A stretch of 64,000 nt of DNA from Mobula hypostoma (Eukaryota), in assembly GCF_963921235.1 (NCBI RefSeq), contig NC_086108.1, positions 107,138,001 to 107,202,000 of the forward strand, in the 5' to 3' direction. Positions 38,791 through 52,104 of the stretch are shown here, one piece after another; position 1 is the first letter of the stretch; every line of letters starts with the position of its first letter. Under the pieces are notes generated by a model. It had not been told where the DNA came from and did not search any database. It was given only the letters and a program-made list of their open reading frames with translations. The position numbers and the translations under genes were made by a program.

Positions 38791-39965
38791 GATTAGGGTC
38801 TACTCTTTACAAAACCATATCAAGTGTTAAAGATCAGCTCACTCGTCCTCGACATACAGAGGGAAAGTAGGTCTTTAGGCTTGGGTACCTCAAGCTCTAA
38901 GCCCAATGGGTATAGGACAATATAGATCAAAGCACCCTTTGGAGTGCTATATAACAGGAGCTCATTTGTTATGAACCATGTTGTATGACATGGGCGATCA
39001 TGGTGTTTCCATGACCACGACTGTACTTGGCAAATTTTTCTACAGAAGTGGGCTGCCATTGTCTTCTTCTGGGCAGTGTCTTTACAAGATGGGTGACCCC
39101 AGCCATTATCAATACTCTTCAGAGATTGTCTGCCTGGTGTCAGTGGTCACATAACCAGGATTTGTGATATGCACCAGCTGCTCATATGACCATGCACCAC
39201 CTGCTCACATGGCCTAGCCTTCAAGTATTTATTTCTTTGTCTGTCAATGCACTTGTAATGCTACTGGGACACTAATTTCCTCTTGGATCAATAAGGTACC
39301 TATCTTTCATGTTGGGGGTGGGGGTGGGCTAAGCAGGTGCTACACCTTGCCCAAGGGAGACCTGTAGACTAGCAGAGGGAAGGAGCACCTAGCAACTCCA
39401 GTGGTGGATAGGTATCTCCACCCCGCCACCCTCATAATTAGAGCAGGTTAAGTAAATCAGGACTCCAAAATTTATTTTTGTTGTGATGGCACAGCATAAA
39501 TTAGAAAGCCACAAGCTCAACTTGCCCCACAGGAAGCATCTAAAACCCAGCCGATGTGTCAGAGAGAAGGACAACAAAGAATGGTCATATACAAAAGAGA
39601 GCACACACCATCTACCTCTTCATGGCCCCTGCACCTTATTGTTTACGTACACCTTTAGAACAAAAACAACAGCCCTCTGTAGTGCAAAGAGGTCAAAGTG
39701 GTTATAGTGTTCCTAATTTGAAGGAGTGATTAGGATTGTGTTGGTTGGTTCAAGAATTGAATGGTTGAAGGAAATCAGAATCACTTTATTGCCAGTCTGA
39801 GAAACATTCCAGAATTCATTGTGGTTTGGTGTCAAGCATAAAGCACAGGGCCATACCATAACAGACAACACAAGAGCAAGCAACAATCTACAAGACAATA
39901 ATGCAAATTGCCATATGCAATTAACAATTGGCAGAACAGTCACATGCACAAATATCAATAATAGT

Positions 39966-40655
39966 GGGAAGAAGATGGCGGTGCGACGGCAGTGCGCGCG
40001 GCCTCTCCGGTGATGAATATCTGTTATCTGTCAAGTAGGGGACCGTGCACAATTCTAATTTGATGGAGACAGATGTGAGTGCACAGCAGAACATCTGGAA
40101 AACTTCTGAAATTTCTGCTTTGCTACCGCTGCTACTGTGTGGTAACCGGAATCTCTGGAGCTGAAGGCCTCGAAATCCTCGCCTTGCGTGTTTCAGCAGC
40201 CGGGGCTGGGTCAAAGGTGCTCGGCAGAGGATGGCGCTCGGGAGGCTGTATCGGAGAAGCTGCTCGGAAGCTCGGAGTTTTCAGACGGATGGACTCAGTG
40301 TCGGCTGTGGTCGGCTGCTTCCAAGGCATCGGCAAGTTGACGGTGCCTGGAGGTTTATGGCAGGGAGTTTCTCCCTTTTGCCGCCACTATCGGGGACTCG
40401 GGAGTCGATTGACTCGGGACTTCGAGACTTTTTTTTTAAACTGTGCCTATGGACTGTTCTTCATCAAATTATGGTATTGCTTTGCACTGCTGTAACTATA
40501 TGTTATAATTATGTGGTTTTGTCAGTGTTAGTCTTTGGTCTGTCTTGTTTTCTGTGATATCACGCCAGAGAAACGTTGTATCATTTCTTAATGCATGTAT
40601 GCATTTTTAAATGACAATAAAAGAGAACTGAGCATTCTCATAATCTAAGCTAATC
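39966..40655 (+). mobile_element. Non-coding retroposon starting GAAGAAGATGGCGG
   Basis: Full-length homolog of 13450-14123; AATAAA then TAATCT-type tail. Confidence 0.75.
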
Positions 40656-42129
40656 AAACTTAAATAAATGTGAACATATGGATAAACTCAATAATTATCA
40701 ACAGAACAAGGAGAGCAGGAAAGATCATTTAATGGATCTTCTGCGGGGATGGAGTTTTGTTGAGAAGCTGGAGAGCTGCAGGAAAGAAGCATAGGAGATG
40801 GCACGTGGTCCTGGTGGCGATGGACTTGCAGCATCTTCCTGATGGCTGTTTGGTGAAAAAATGACAGAGTGAGTGGAGTCAGCAGTAATTTTCCCAGCTC
40901 TTTTCTTCACTCTCAAAGTATCTGTTCTTGAACGTGGTGGTGTGGGATTTCAGGCTTCTGTACCTCCCGAGCGACAGTCACAACCCCAATCACAACAGTT
41001 CAACAACACTAAAATTATTTTGATCACTTTGCACTAAAATTGAATTTTTGGTTCTAATTGTGTTCTTTCTTGTAAAAATTTTGTATAATTCATGTTTAAT
41101 ATGTTTTTTCTTGTCAATGCCGCTTGTATGACGCGATGTACTTGGTGTATCTGTATGCCTGCAATAGAGCTGCAAGTATGCTTTACATTTGTTTCATTTT
41201 AAATATTTTTTTCACTTAATTTGCATAACTGGGCATAGGACAATAAACTTGATTCTAACTTTCAAGTTCAAGTTCAAGCTTATTATCATTCACCTATATA
41301 TATATACAACTAAACAGCTAAACAGAACATTGTTCCTCAGGGCCAAGATGCAAGACACCCTACATATGTCACACACCCCCCTACACAGGACACGCTCTCG
41401 TCTCGCTGCTTCCATCAAGAAGAAGGTACAAGAGCCTTTGGACTCGCACCACCTCGTTCGGGAATAGTTACTGCTGCTCAACCATCAGGTTCTTGAACAA
41501 AAGTGCATAATTCACTCAACTTCATTTGCTCCATCGGTGAAATGTTCCTACAACAAACAGATTCACTTTCAAGGACTCTTCACCTCATGCTCTTGATATT
41601 TATTCCTTATTTATTTACATTATTGTCTCTTCTTTTTGTCTTTTCACATTTTGTTGTCTTCTGCACTCTGGCTGAAAGCACTAGTTTGACAAAGCCCTCC
41701 TTTGTCTATCCTGCCTGTTATAGATTTTGTTACAGTTACTTCATCAGCCACAAATGAGGACGATCCAGCTTGTCCTCCAGGGAATACTTTGACTGAGTAT
41801 TCTCCGCATCTACAGTTTTATTTCACATTTCCAGTGTCTGCAGACTTTTGATTTTGTATGTTGTGCTTCAATACTGCAGGTAGCTTATTTATTTACCTAC
41901 TTATTGAGATACAGCGCAGAATAGGTCTTTCTGGCCCTTTGAGCTGAACTGCCCAGCAACTCCCTGATTTAATCCTAGCCTAATCATAGGGCAATTTACA
42001 ATGACCAAATAATTGACCATGTCTTTGGACTGTGGGAAGAATCCGGAGCACGTGGAGGAAACCCACATGAGAATGTACAAACTCCTTACAGGAAATGGTG
42101 GGAATTGAACCTGGGCCGCCTGTACTGTA

Positions 42130-43070
42130 AAGTCAAGTCCAGTCAAATCAAATTTATTTATAAAGCACATTTAAAAACAACCCATGTTGACCAAAGTGCT
42201 GTACAAACCATAACAGGTAGCTAAAATCACAAATACAAGAAACACAGATATAAACAACAAGGCACACAGCTTACAGGCACAAAATAAACAACACATGAGC
42301 CTAGGCACAAGCCAAAAATCAGCCACATCAGGAAGATTCAAACGCTAGTGAATAAAGGTAAGTTTTGAGCCTGGACTTAAAAGAGTCAATGGAGGGGGCA
42401 GATCTGATAGGGAGGGGAATGCTGTTCCACAGTCTAGGGGCTACAACAACAAAGGCGTTGTCACTCCTGAACTTAAAATTGAGATCGCAGGACAGCCAGG
42501 AGCCCCATGTCAGCCGATCTGAGGAACCTGGAAGTAGAATAAGGGGTTAGAAAGTTATGTAGGAGGGGGCCAGCCCATTTAGGGCTTTATTAACAAACAG
42601 GAGAACCTTAAAATCAATTCTAAACTGTACTGGTAGCCAGTGGAGAGAGGCCAGGATAGAAGTAATATGGTCCCTCTTACGGGCACCTGTCAGGAGCCTG
42701 GCTGCGGCATTCTGGACCAGTTGCAGACGGGACAGGGACGACTGACTAATCCCAGTATACAGGGAGTTGCAGTAGTCCAAGTGGGAGGATATAAAGGCAC
42801 GGATGACTTTCTCGAGATCTTTGAAAGACAGAAATGACTTGACTTTGGCAATAGTACGAAGCTGGAAAAAACTGGCATTTACTACTGCATTAACTTGCTT
42901 GTCAAACTTAAAGGCGGAATCAAATATCACACCGAGGTTTTTGCCATGGGGTTTGACAAGGGTGGGCAGGTTACCAAAACTGTTGGTAATCACTTTGATG
43001 GAGTCAGGGGGGCCAAATAGGGCAACTTCAGACTTGCCTTCATTCAGCTGCAGGAAGTTTTGTGCCATCC
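42130..43070 (-). mobile_element. L2-clade LINE 3' fragment
   Basis: 42547..43068: NFLQLNEGKSE...NLGVIFDS...LDYCNSL...LQLVQNAAARLL...LHWLPVQFRIDFK...GLAPSY; tail AATAAATTTGATTTGAC. Confidence 0.9.
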
Positions 43071-44944
43071 AACACTATACTGCTTTGACACCCCCATTGG
43101 AAACTTCTATTTGCTAACATTTGGTTTAAGAGCTAGCTCTCAACATTGTGGTTAAGTCATTGGATTGGAATCTATAGTAAATCTGGAAGCATCAGTTTAA
43201 ATCCCACCATGACAGATGGAAAATTTAAATTTAAATAATTAAGTAAAGCTGAAATTTAAAAAAAACAGTTATAAGCAATAGTAATGAAGGTTATTGTAAA
43301 ATTCCACCTGGATCTCAAATGTTCATAGTGTTACAAAATAGAGGTAGTGACAAGGTATTGTGATGGTATTTGGGTTGCTGTCCGTGAAGTTCTGAACTCA
43401 AACAAAGATCTTTAGCTCTGTGCGATATAGATAGCTTTGGCTACCCTCACTAAAGGGAGGTTATACTGTAACACCCCCTATTTTCAAAGATTAGTTCACG
43501 TTCCTGTTTATCCTCCACAGCAAATTTAGTTGTCAATACCCATTATTTAGCAGATGCACCACCCCCCTCCCTCACCAAGGGGGAGATACTTCCTGCTAAC
43601 AAAATAGTGAAATATGTTTAAATTTAGATAAGTTTTAGATAAGTTTCTTAAAACAAATATAAAACTCATAGAGGATTTCTATATGATAAAACATTTCCAA
43701 ATTACAAATAATTTCTGGAACACGAAGGAATTCCAAAACGTAAGTACAATTCCTATAGGCTAAAAAGTGATATCAACGAGTTGTAGATGAAGGAATCGTC
43801 TGTTGCAGAAATCAAAAACAGAAGAATGTATCTCTGTCATTCCTTGACCATTCTTAACAATCTTGACTGCTGTCTTATACTATGTTTTTACTACTTGGTG
43901 ACTTTACACATGTGATATTTTTTGGTTTCCTTTACTGTGAAATTCACAGAATGGTCTAAAAGCTTCTGGAGACAGAGATCTCGGACACCCAAAATTAATG
44001 CTGCGAGGGCTGTCTCTCTGAGGACACAAATCTCCCAACCATTGATAGAATAGATATTTTAAGTGCTAAGTGATAGTATCAGTCTGGTCTGCAAACTTGT
44101 TTCAATTGTCTGGTTTGGTGAAGGCCCAATTACCGTAACTCCACTGTTTTACACTGCATCTCCTGAGCAGTCAGCCTCGTGCTGTGGGCCAGCAGCCTAT
44201 GCTCTATAGATAGTACTCTTTGTTTGTAAAGCTGTCATTCCAATTTTGGATTGATTATTGCTCACAATTTACATTAAGAGCCGAAGACTGACTCTTGTTT
44301 ATGACATGAAACTGAAAAAGGAATATTGGTTGGGAGTTTAACTTACTCAAAAACAGCTCTTTGATCCTTGGAAGAGTCAGCTGCTGTATTAGAAAGTTGA
44401 GCTTGGCAAAAAGGCCCCTGGGGCCCTGGACAGAGAATGTCCACCACAGGCTGAGCTGGTTGGTTCAACAACTAAATGGTTGAAGAGAAATATAAGCTGT
44501 TCTTGAACCTGATGATGTGGGACTTCAGGCGATATGGGGTGGCATGGTTGTGTAGTGGACAGTACAATGCTTGTAATTACCATAAGATTGGGAATTGATT
44601 CCCACTGGTGCCCAAGACGAATTTATACCTCCTCCGTGTGATGGTTTGGGTCTCTGCTTGCTGTCCCAATTTCCTCCCACATTTTGAAGACGTACGGGTT
44701 AGGGTAAGTGAGTTACAGGCAGAAGAAAATAAGACATGGGAGCAGAATTATACTTCTCAATCTCATTTTCCTGGTTTCTCCCTGATTAATCAAGGTTAAC
44801 TTCCACCATAGATATACCCAATGACTTGGCCTCCATAGCCATCTGTGGAAATAAATTCCACAGAGTCACCACTTTCTGGCTGAGGAAGTTTTCTCTATTC
44901 TAAATGAATGTCCTCTATTCTGAGGCTGTACCGTCTAGTCCTAG

Positions 44945-45422
44945 AGGGTAAATTCCTGGGATGGCAGGACTTTCATATAGTGAAAGACTGGATCGACTAG
45001 GCTTATACTCGCTGGAATTTAGAAGATTGAGGGGGGATCTTATTGAAACATATAAAATCCTAAAGGGATTGGACAGACTAGATGCAGGAAGATTGTTCCC
45101 GATGTTGGGGAAGTCCAGAATGAGGGGTCACAGTTTAAGGATAAAGGGGAAGCCTTTTAGGACCGAGATGCAGAAAAACTTCTTCACACAGAGAGTGGTG
45201 AATCTGTGGAATTCTCTGCCACAGGAAACAGTTGAGGCCAGTTCATTGGCTATATTTAAGAGGGAGTTAGATATGGCCCTTGTGGCTAAAGGGATCGGGG
45301 GTATGGAGGGAAGGCTGGTACAGGGTTCTGAGTTGGATGATCAGCCATGATCATACTGAATGGTGGTACAGGCTCGAAGGGCCGAATGGCCTACTCCTGC
45401 ACCTATTTTCTATGTTTCTATG
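44945..45422 (+). mobile_element. Young CR1 3' fragment, same subfamily as 9342-12150
   Basis: ORF 44961..45350 is almost identical to the C-terminal part of 9444..10043; inserted within another CR1 remnant. Confidence 0.9.
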
Positions 45423-46544
45423 TCTCTGTGTTTCTACTACTCCACTATACGAAATATCCTCTCCTTATTCCATCTATCCAGGCCTTTGAATATTCGATAG
45501 GTTTCACTGAGATCACCCCCATTCTTTTAAACTCCAGTGGTTACAGGTCCAAAGTTATCAGATACTGCACATATGTTAACCCTTTCACTCAGATGTCAGT
45601 GGCAAGTTTTTCACACAGAGAATGGTGGGTGTGTGGAATGCACTGCTAGCAATGATGGTGGAGGTGGATACAACAGGCCCTTTTAAAAGATTTAGATAGG
45701 TACATAGAACTTAGAAAAATAGCGTGCTATGCAGAAGGGAAATTCTAGGCAGTTTCTAGAGTAGGTTACATGGTTGGCACAACATTGTGGGATGAAGGGC
45801 CTGTAATTTGCTGTAGATTCTATGTTCCTGCGATCATTCTCACAAATCTCCTCTGGACCCTCTCCAATACTGACCTGTCTTTTCTAAGATAAGGAGCCTA
45901 AAACTGCTCACAATACTCCAAGTGTGGTCTGACCAATGCCTTATAAATCTTCAACATTACATTTTTGCTTTTATTTTCTAATCCTCTTGAAATGAACATT
46001 AACGTTGCATTTGACTCCCTTACAACTGACTCAACCTGCAAGTTAACCTTTAGGGAATCCAGCGCAAAGACTCCCAAGTCCCTTTGCACATCTGATATTT
46101 GAATTTTCACCCCATGCCTTTATTCCTTCGGCAAAGGTGCATGACCATGCGCTTCCCGACACTGTATTCCATCTGTACTTCCTTGTCCATCCTCCCAATC
46201 TGTCTAAGTCCTTCTGCAGCCTCACTGCTTCCTTAAAACTACCGGCCCCTCCGACTTCCATTGTGTCATCTGCAAACTTGCCCACAAAGCCATCAATTCT
46301 GACTTTGAAATAATTTACATATAATGCAAATAGAAGTGGTCCCAACACTAACCCCTGCAGACTACCACTAACCAGAAATCGGTCCCTTTATTCCCACTTT
46401 TTACCTACTGCCAATCAGCCAATTTTCAATCAATGTCACTATCTTTCCTGTAATACCATGAGCTCTTATCTTATTAAGCAGTCTAGTGTGTGCCTTCTGA
46501 AAATCAAAATAAGCAGCATCCTCTGACTTTGCTTTGTCTATCCT

Positions 46545-46755
46545 AAACACAAAATACTCTGCGGATGCTGGAGTCAAAGCAACACTCACAACACGCTGGA
46601 GGAACTCAGCAGATCAGGCAGCATCCGTGGAAATGATCAATCAATGTTTTGGGCCGGAACCTGACGAAGAGTTCCGGCCCGAAACATCGACTCATCGTTT
46701 CCACGGATGCTGCCCGACCTGCTGAGTTCCTCCAGCGTGTTGTGAGTGTTGCTTT
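46545..46755. mobile_element. Penelope-derived foldback mini-element with hammerhead core in the loop
   Basis: Inverted arms 46576-46660 / 46671-46755; loop CTGACGAAGA; flanking repeat GCTTT(G/A)TCTATCCT. Confidence 0.8.
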
Positions 46756-46920
46756 ATCTATCCTGTCTGTTATTTTCTCAAAGAATTCTAAAAGAAAACA
46801 ATGCTGACTTTGGCCTATTTTGTCATGTCTCTCCAAGTACCCCTGAAACCTTACCCTTAAATTTGGACTCCAGCATCTTCCCAATCACTGTTGTCAGGCT
46901 AGCTGGCCTATAATTTCCTT

Positions 46921-47498
46921 TCAATAGGGTTCAATAGGTACATTTAATGTCAAAGAAAAGTATACAATATACATCCTGAAATACTTTTTCTTCGTAGACA
47001 TCCATGAAAACAAAGAAGTGCCCCAAAGAATGAATGACAGTTAAAACGTTAGAATCCCAAAACACCCCAGCTCCCCCCTCCAACACACAAGCAGCAGCAA
47101 GACAACAACCCCACCCCGACCCCCACCAGCAAAAAAGCATCAGCACCCTCCATCAAGAACTCAAGTGTGCAGCAAAGAATCAACAAAGACACAGACTTGC
47201 AGTATTCCAAGAACTACTCATTCACCCTTTAATTCAACATACCACAGCTCTCTCTCTCTTCCTAATAAGGGTAAAAGGGGTGCCCCCGTTTCACAGTGAG
47301 AGGGGAGACATAACAGACAACTCGCTGATTTATGATGTTAAAAGTCTGTTGCGCCGCTATTTCCGAGCTCTGCCCCCAGAGAGTCGGCCCCAGAAAGGCG
47401 CAGAAAGGAAAAAAAGAGATATCAAAGATAGAAATAGAGCTGTTTCTGAAGATGCAAGCAAAGAAGTCACCGTTTAGTGCCATCTTGACTTCGCTCCA
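46921..47498 (-). mobile_element. Non-coding retroposon starting GAAGTCAAGATGGCAC
   Basis: Discrete insertion in a CR1; 3' end ...GGATGTATATTGTATAC...TTAAATGTACCTATTGAACCCTATTGAA. Confidence 0.6.
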
Positions 47499-48573
47499 CT
47501 GCTTTCTTCTTCTGCCTCCCTCCCTCCTTAAAGAGTGGATTGATATTTGCAATTTTCCAGTCCTCCAAAAGCATTGCAGAATGTAGTGATTCATGAAAGA
47601 TCTCTACTACTGCAAAGTTGCCGAAAGTGTGGCGACACTCGCGGGCTGCCCAGCACAAACCTCGCTGATTAGATTTGATACAAAAACAACACATTTCATT
47701 GTATGTTTCAATATACATGTGACAAATTAAGCTAATCTTTGAAAAGGAAATGTTCATCAGGGATGGAAGTGTTGGCTTTTGTCAGAGTCTATGTGTGATG
47801 GGATCGCAACTGGAACAACTACCTGCGCTGCATTAGAAGATGGACAATGAGGTGGGTCATGTCAGCAACGCCCATACCTCATGAAGAAATAATTTTTTTT
47901 AAACTTCCTGTATGTTTGAAATAGATCTGTCATTAGGTAAGAAAAGAATCTGAAACATTTCAGAAAAAAAAGCCGTCACATGTAGTATCTCAGAGTGTGA
48001 ATCAATTGTTGATTTGGGGGAGGGTAGCAACACACAAGTTGCTGGATGAACTCAGTGGGTCATCCAACATTTTCCTTTTCTCTTAACATAGAGATATAAC
48101 ACAGTAACAGGCCCTTCAGGACCAACACCCACGTGACTAATTAACCTGCTGACCCAAATGTCTTTGGTATTCAGTCGACTTGTCAGGTGGACCCCCTTCA
48201 TCAGGGCTGCTTGGTAGCAGGCCCAGGGGGACAAAGGTAAGGCCTTTGCCGAGAAAGAACATTCTGCCTCAGAGAGGGGAAGGTCAGAGGGCATGGTGAA
48301 GACAGTGCAGAGGTTGGAGCTGGAGTCAGGAAAAGGTAGAGGGTTGGAGGAATCAGAGGAGAGAGGAGAGTTAATGGGTTCAAGGAAAGTGGGGGTGGGA
48401 GGAAGGTGGGAGCTCCAAGGAGTGAAGGGGAAACAAGGGGTAAAGGAGACCCAGAGAAATCTGAGGTGAGTGAGGGGAGGGGGTTAATGGTGGAAGCAGA
48501 GGAGCAGCAGGACCCAATGGCAATGAGAGAAATCTCAGCCTGGAGACATCTGGGGCCAAGGTCGTGGGGAAAA

Positions 48574-49040
48574 CCTAATGAAGGGTCTCGGCCTTGAATG
48601 TTGACCCTCTGTCTCCTTCTAAAGATGCTGCCTGATCTGCAGAATTCCTCTAGCATTTTGTGTGTGTTTCTCAAGATTTCCAGCACCTGCAGAGAGTTCT
48701 GTGTCTCTGTTTGTCTTCCTGTCTGTCTTTATTTCTCTTTCTTTATCAAACAAACACCCCACTTCATCTGACGTCTGTGTCTGTTTGTCTGTCTGTCTGT
48801 CTGCTTCTCTCTCACTTCCTCCCTCTCTTTATCTCTCTTCCCCACACCCCACATTTCCTTTCACCTCTGTCTGACTGCCTGGTCTGTGTGTGTTTGTGTC
48901 TTCATCAGCCCTGATGAAGAATCTCAGCCCAAAGTGTCAAATATTTCTTACCCTCCATTGATGTTGCCTGACCTGCTGAGGTCCTCCAGCATTTTGTGCG
49001 TGTGGTGTTCAAGACTTCCAGCATCTGCAGAATCTCTTGC
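48574..49040 (+). mobile_element. Two short degenerate Penelope terminal-repeat copies (48574-48710, 48908-49040)
   Basis: CCTAATGAAGGGTCTCGG.../CCTGATGAAGAATCTCAG... followed by GATGCTGCCTGA...CCAGCA...CTGCAGA. Confidence 0.7.
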
Positions 49041-49317
49041 GTGGGTGAGCGTAGGTTTTCTTCTTAAATTAAGAAATATAGGTCAAAATTGAGGCTTAGA
49101 ATGGTTGGGCTAAAATATGTTGGAGTGTGTGAGAGATCAATGGGCAGTGAATAGAAACTGTGCAGATTTTATTGCAACACAAGTGCTACTTAAACTGTAT
49201 TTACTACATAAAACACCCCATAGTAGTGTTGTGGATGGTGCAACTGCTTTCCAACACCAGCTGTAAAATCAGGGTTCAATTCCCACTGCTGTCTGTAAGG
49301 AGTTTGTATGTTCTCTC

Positions 49318-49799
49318 TGTGAGGGAGATGCATGCTGGCAAGACTGGACCCAAGTGCAGAGGAACGGCCTACTCACTCTGACACAGCAGTTCCTGGCACG
49401 AACTCAACTCGGGTGTGGTGGAAGATGACCTCAGTCACAGGAAATACTGATAATGACTCGACCCCTGGATGGAGAGTGGCAGATTTTCCATGAAGAGATG
49501 AAAACAAGAGGTTAGATATAGGAATACTAACAGAGCCTCGGAGCAGCGACTGAGTGACACCACGAGATAATTCCTTCTCTCCAACACAATGACTCTGCTA
49601 AGGCACAAAACAGGAGTCCTCTATAGATAATCATAGAATGTGGGAAACCCATGCCAGTCACAATTAACTGACCAGATTAAACCAAATGAACCAGGGCTTA
49701 ATAGCTCTAGTTAAGATAATGTTTAGTAAATACTGGCGCTCAAGAACCTGAGAGGCTCAAGGCTCTACGACAAGCCGCAGAAACCATGGGGTTTATAAC
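49318..49799 (-). mobile_element. Probable solo LTR inserted in a SINE
   Basis: Interrupts the SINE core (TTCTCTCTGTGA | CCGTGTGGGTTTCC); minus strand ends ...CTGCACTTGGGTCC...CCTCACA as fish Gypsy-type LTRs often do; no clean TSD. Confidence 0.5.
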
Positions 49800-50814
49800 C
49801 GTGTGGGTTTCCACTGTGGGCTCTGGTTCCGCAGCCCCCCCCCGCCACATCCCAAAGATGTACATTAGATTGTGGGCGTTACATTGGCACCAGAAATGTG
49901 GTGACATTTGCAGGCTGCCCCCAGCACAAGGCTCTCTGATTTGATTCGACAAAAATGATGATTTCACTATATGTTTTGATCTACATGTGACAAATAAAGC
50001 TATTCTTTATTTTTCATTCATGAGGACATTCCTTCCAATGCCAGCATTGCCAACATCCTTCCCTCGTTGCCCTTCAGAACCAAATCAGTTTATGGTCACG
50101 TACACAAAGGCACAAAGTAAGTCCTTGCTCGCATGGTAAGCAGAACCCATGGTATTACAGTAACACACACACACAATGCTGGAGGAACTCCGCAGGTCAG
50201 GCAGCATGTATGGAAGGAAATAAAGTCCATGTTTCTGACTGAGATCCTTCTTCAGGACTGAGTAGAGAGGGGGAGGAATGCAGAATAAAAAGGTTGGGGG
50301 AGGGGAAGGAGAAAGCTGGCAGGTGATAGATGAAGCCAGGTGGGTGGGAAACTTGTGGTATTAACTCTGTACTATAAATAATACAATAAACACAGTGATC
50401 AACGCAAAACAGCAGAATGGTAGGAAGTAAAGCCAAGCAAAAAGAAATGCTAGGGAGATCATTTGGGTGACGGAGTAGAGATAGGTCTCTACTAAAGGTG
50501 ATGTAAGGTGCTTCTTCCCTTTGCTGGCCTACAGGTCACCCCTGGGCAAGGTGCAGCACCTGCTTAGCCCCCCACGCACCGCCCCACCCCGATCAGGGTC
50601 ATGTGAAGCCATGGGAGCAGGTGGTGGATGGTTGCAAGAGCAGCTGATGCATGTCACAAGTCCTGGTTATGTGACCTTGTGGCTCAGAGGTCTGGAAGGG
50701 TCAACTCCATGCTGTATCACTAAAATAAAATTAAAATAAAACAATCAAGAAAGCTTATATACATAAATCGATTATATCATACATAACTGATTGTATCATA
50801 CATAGATCAATTGT

Positions 50815-51129
50815 GTGGGCACGTGGCCAAGTGGTTAAGGCATTGGACTAGCAACCTGAAGGTTGTGAGTTCGAGTCCCAGCCGAGGCAACATGTGTTGT
50901 GTACTTGAGCAAGGCACTTAATCACACATTGCTCTGCGACGACACTGGTGCCAAGCTGTATGGGTCCTAATGCCCTTCCCTTGGACAACATTGGTGTCGT
51001 GGAGAGGGGAGACTTGCAGCATGGGCAACTGCTGGTCTTCCATACAACCTTGCCCAGGCCTGCGCCCTGGAGAGTGAAGACTTTCCAGGCGCAGATCCAT
51101 GGTCTCACAAGACTAACGAATGCCTTTAC
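50815..51129 (+). mobile_element. tRNA-derived SINE with intact Pol III boxes
   Basis: A box TGGCCAAGTGG, B box GAGTTCGAGTCC; 12-bp TSD TAGATCAATTGT (50803-50814, 51130-51141). Confidence 0.85.
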
Positions 51130-51179
51130 TAGATCAATTGTATCATTATCCATAAAGTGACACTAGCACGGAAGTGTCT

Positions 51180-51510
51180 GGTAGGGGAACTCTAGAACCA
51201 AAGGACACAGCCTCAGAATAGTTGGACATCCCCTTTAGAACAGAGCTGAGGAGGAATTTCTTTAGCCATCTGGGGAGTGACTCCGGGCAATTCATTGCTA
51301 CTGATAATTGTAGAGGCCAAGCCATTGGGTATATTTAAAGCAGATGTTGATAGGTTCTTGATTAGTCAGGGCATCAAATGTTATAGAGAGAAGGCAGGAG
51401 AATGGGGTTGACGGGGAGAATAAATCAGCCATGATGGAATGGCAGAGTAGACGCAATAGGCCAAATGGCCGAATTCTTCTCCTGTGTCTTATGATCGTAT
51501 GGTCTTATGC
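51180..51510 (+). mobile_element. CR1 3' end fragment
   Basis: CR1 terminal codons, 3'UTR and (TCTTATG) tail. Confidence 0.75.
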
Positions 51511-51837
51511 GTGGCAGATCTAAAATGATTAACCTCTAAGTAGCTTATGGTACAGGCAGTAAAGTTTCTGCAAGTTTAATGTCTGGCAAAGAATAGGCAG
51601 AACAGAGCACTGATTTCACTCTCCTGCATAAGATCAGTAAGTGCAGAGGACAGCAGATGGGAGAACACATCAGGAAACAACACTTGCACTGTGAATCAGC
51701 CTTCAGTGCTGCAAATATAAACCACTTCACAGCAGTGAGATGCAATAGAACCTGACATCAGATCATGAGTGAACTGACCAGAAATTGTCTTTCAAGGAAA
51801 GCCAGAAGAAAGGGAAGAAAGACTGCGAGAAAGTGAG

Positions 51838-52020
51838 AAAGTGGGGGGGGGGGGGTGATATACTTAGAGAGATACAGAGAGAGAGAGAGAGGTGACACAG
51901 AGAGACCGATGTGAGAGAGAGTGATAGAGAAATGGAGAGAGAGAGAGAGAGAGAGAGAGTGGGGGGTGGGTGAGTGGGGGGGTAGGGAGAGAGAGGGGGG
52001 AGAATAAGAAAGCGAGACAG
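51838..52020. repeat. (GA)n / G-rich polypurine tract
   Basis: Directly visible GA and G runs. Confidence 0.9.
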
Positions 52021-52104
52021 AATAGGACATTCAGTCAGAGACAAACAGGTAGTGAAAAAGAGGTGCTGACGACCTACACAGGGGAAAAGTATCCCCCAGA
52101 TGCA

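Larger units (their letters stand above)
45830..47612 (-). mobile_element. Degenerate CR1 (RT region) interrupted at 46545-46755 and 46921-47498
   Basis: ORFs 45898..46110, 46043..46348 (KFADD), 46401..46589 (FDFQKA) and 47262..47594 region. Confidence 0.8.

Noticed and set aside
50815..50890. tRNA gene
   Set aside because: The tRNA-like head continues into a ~240-bp body and the whole is bounded by a TSD, so it is a SINE.
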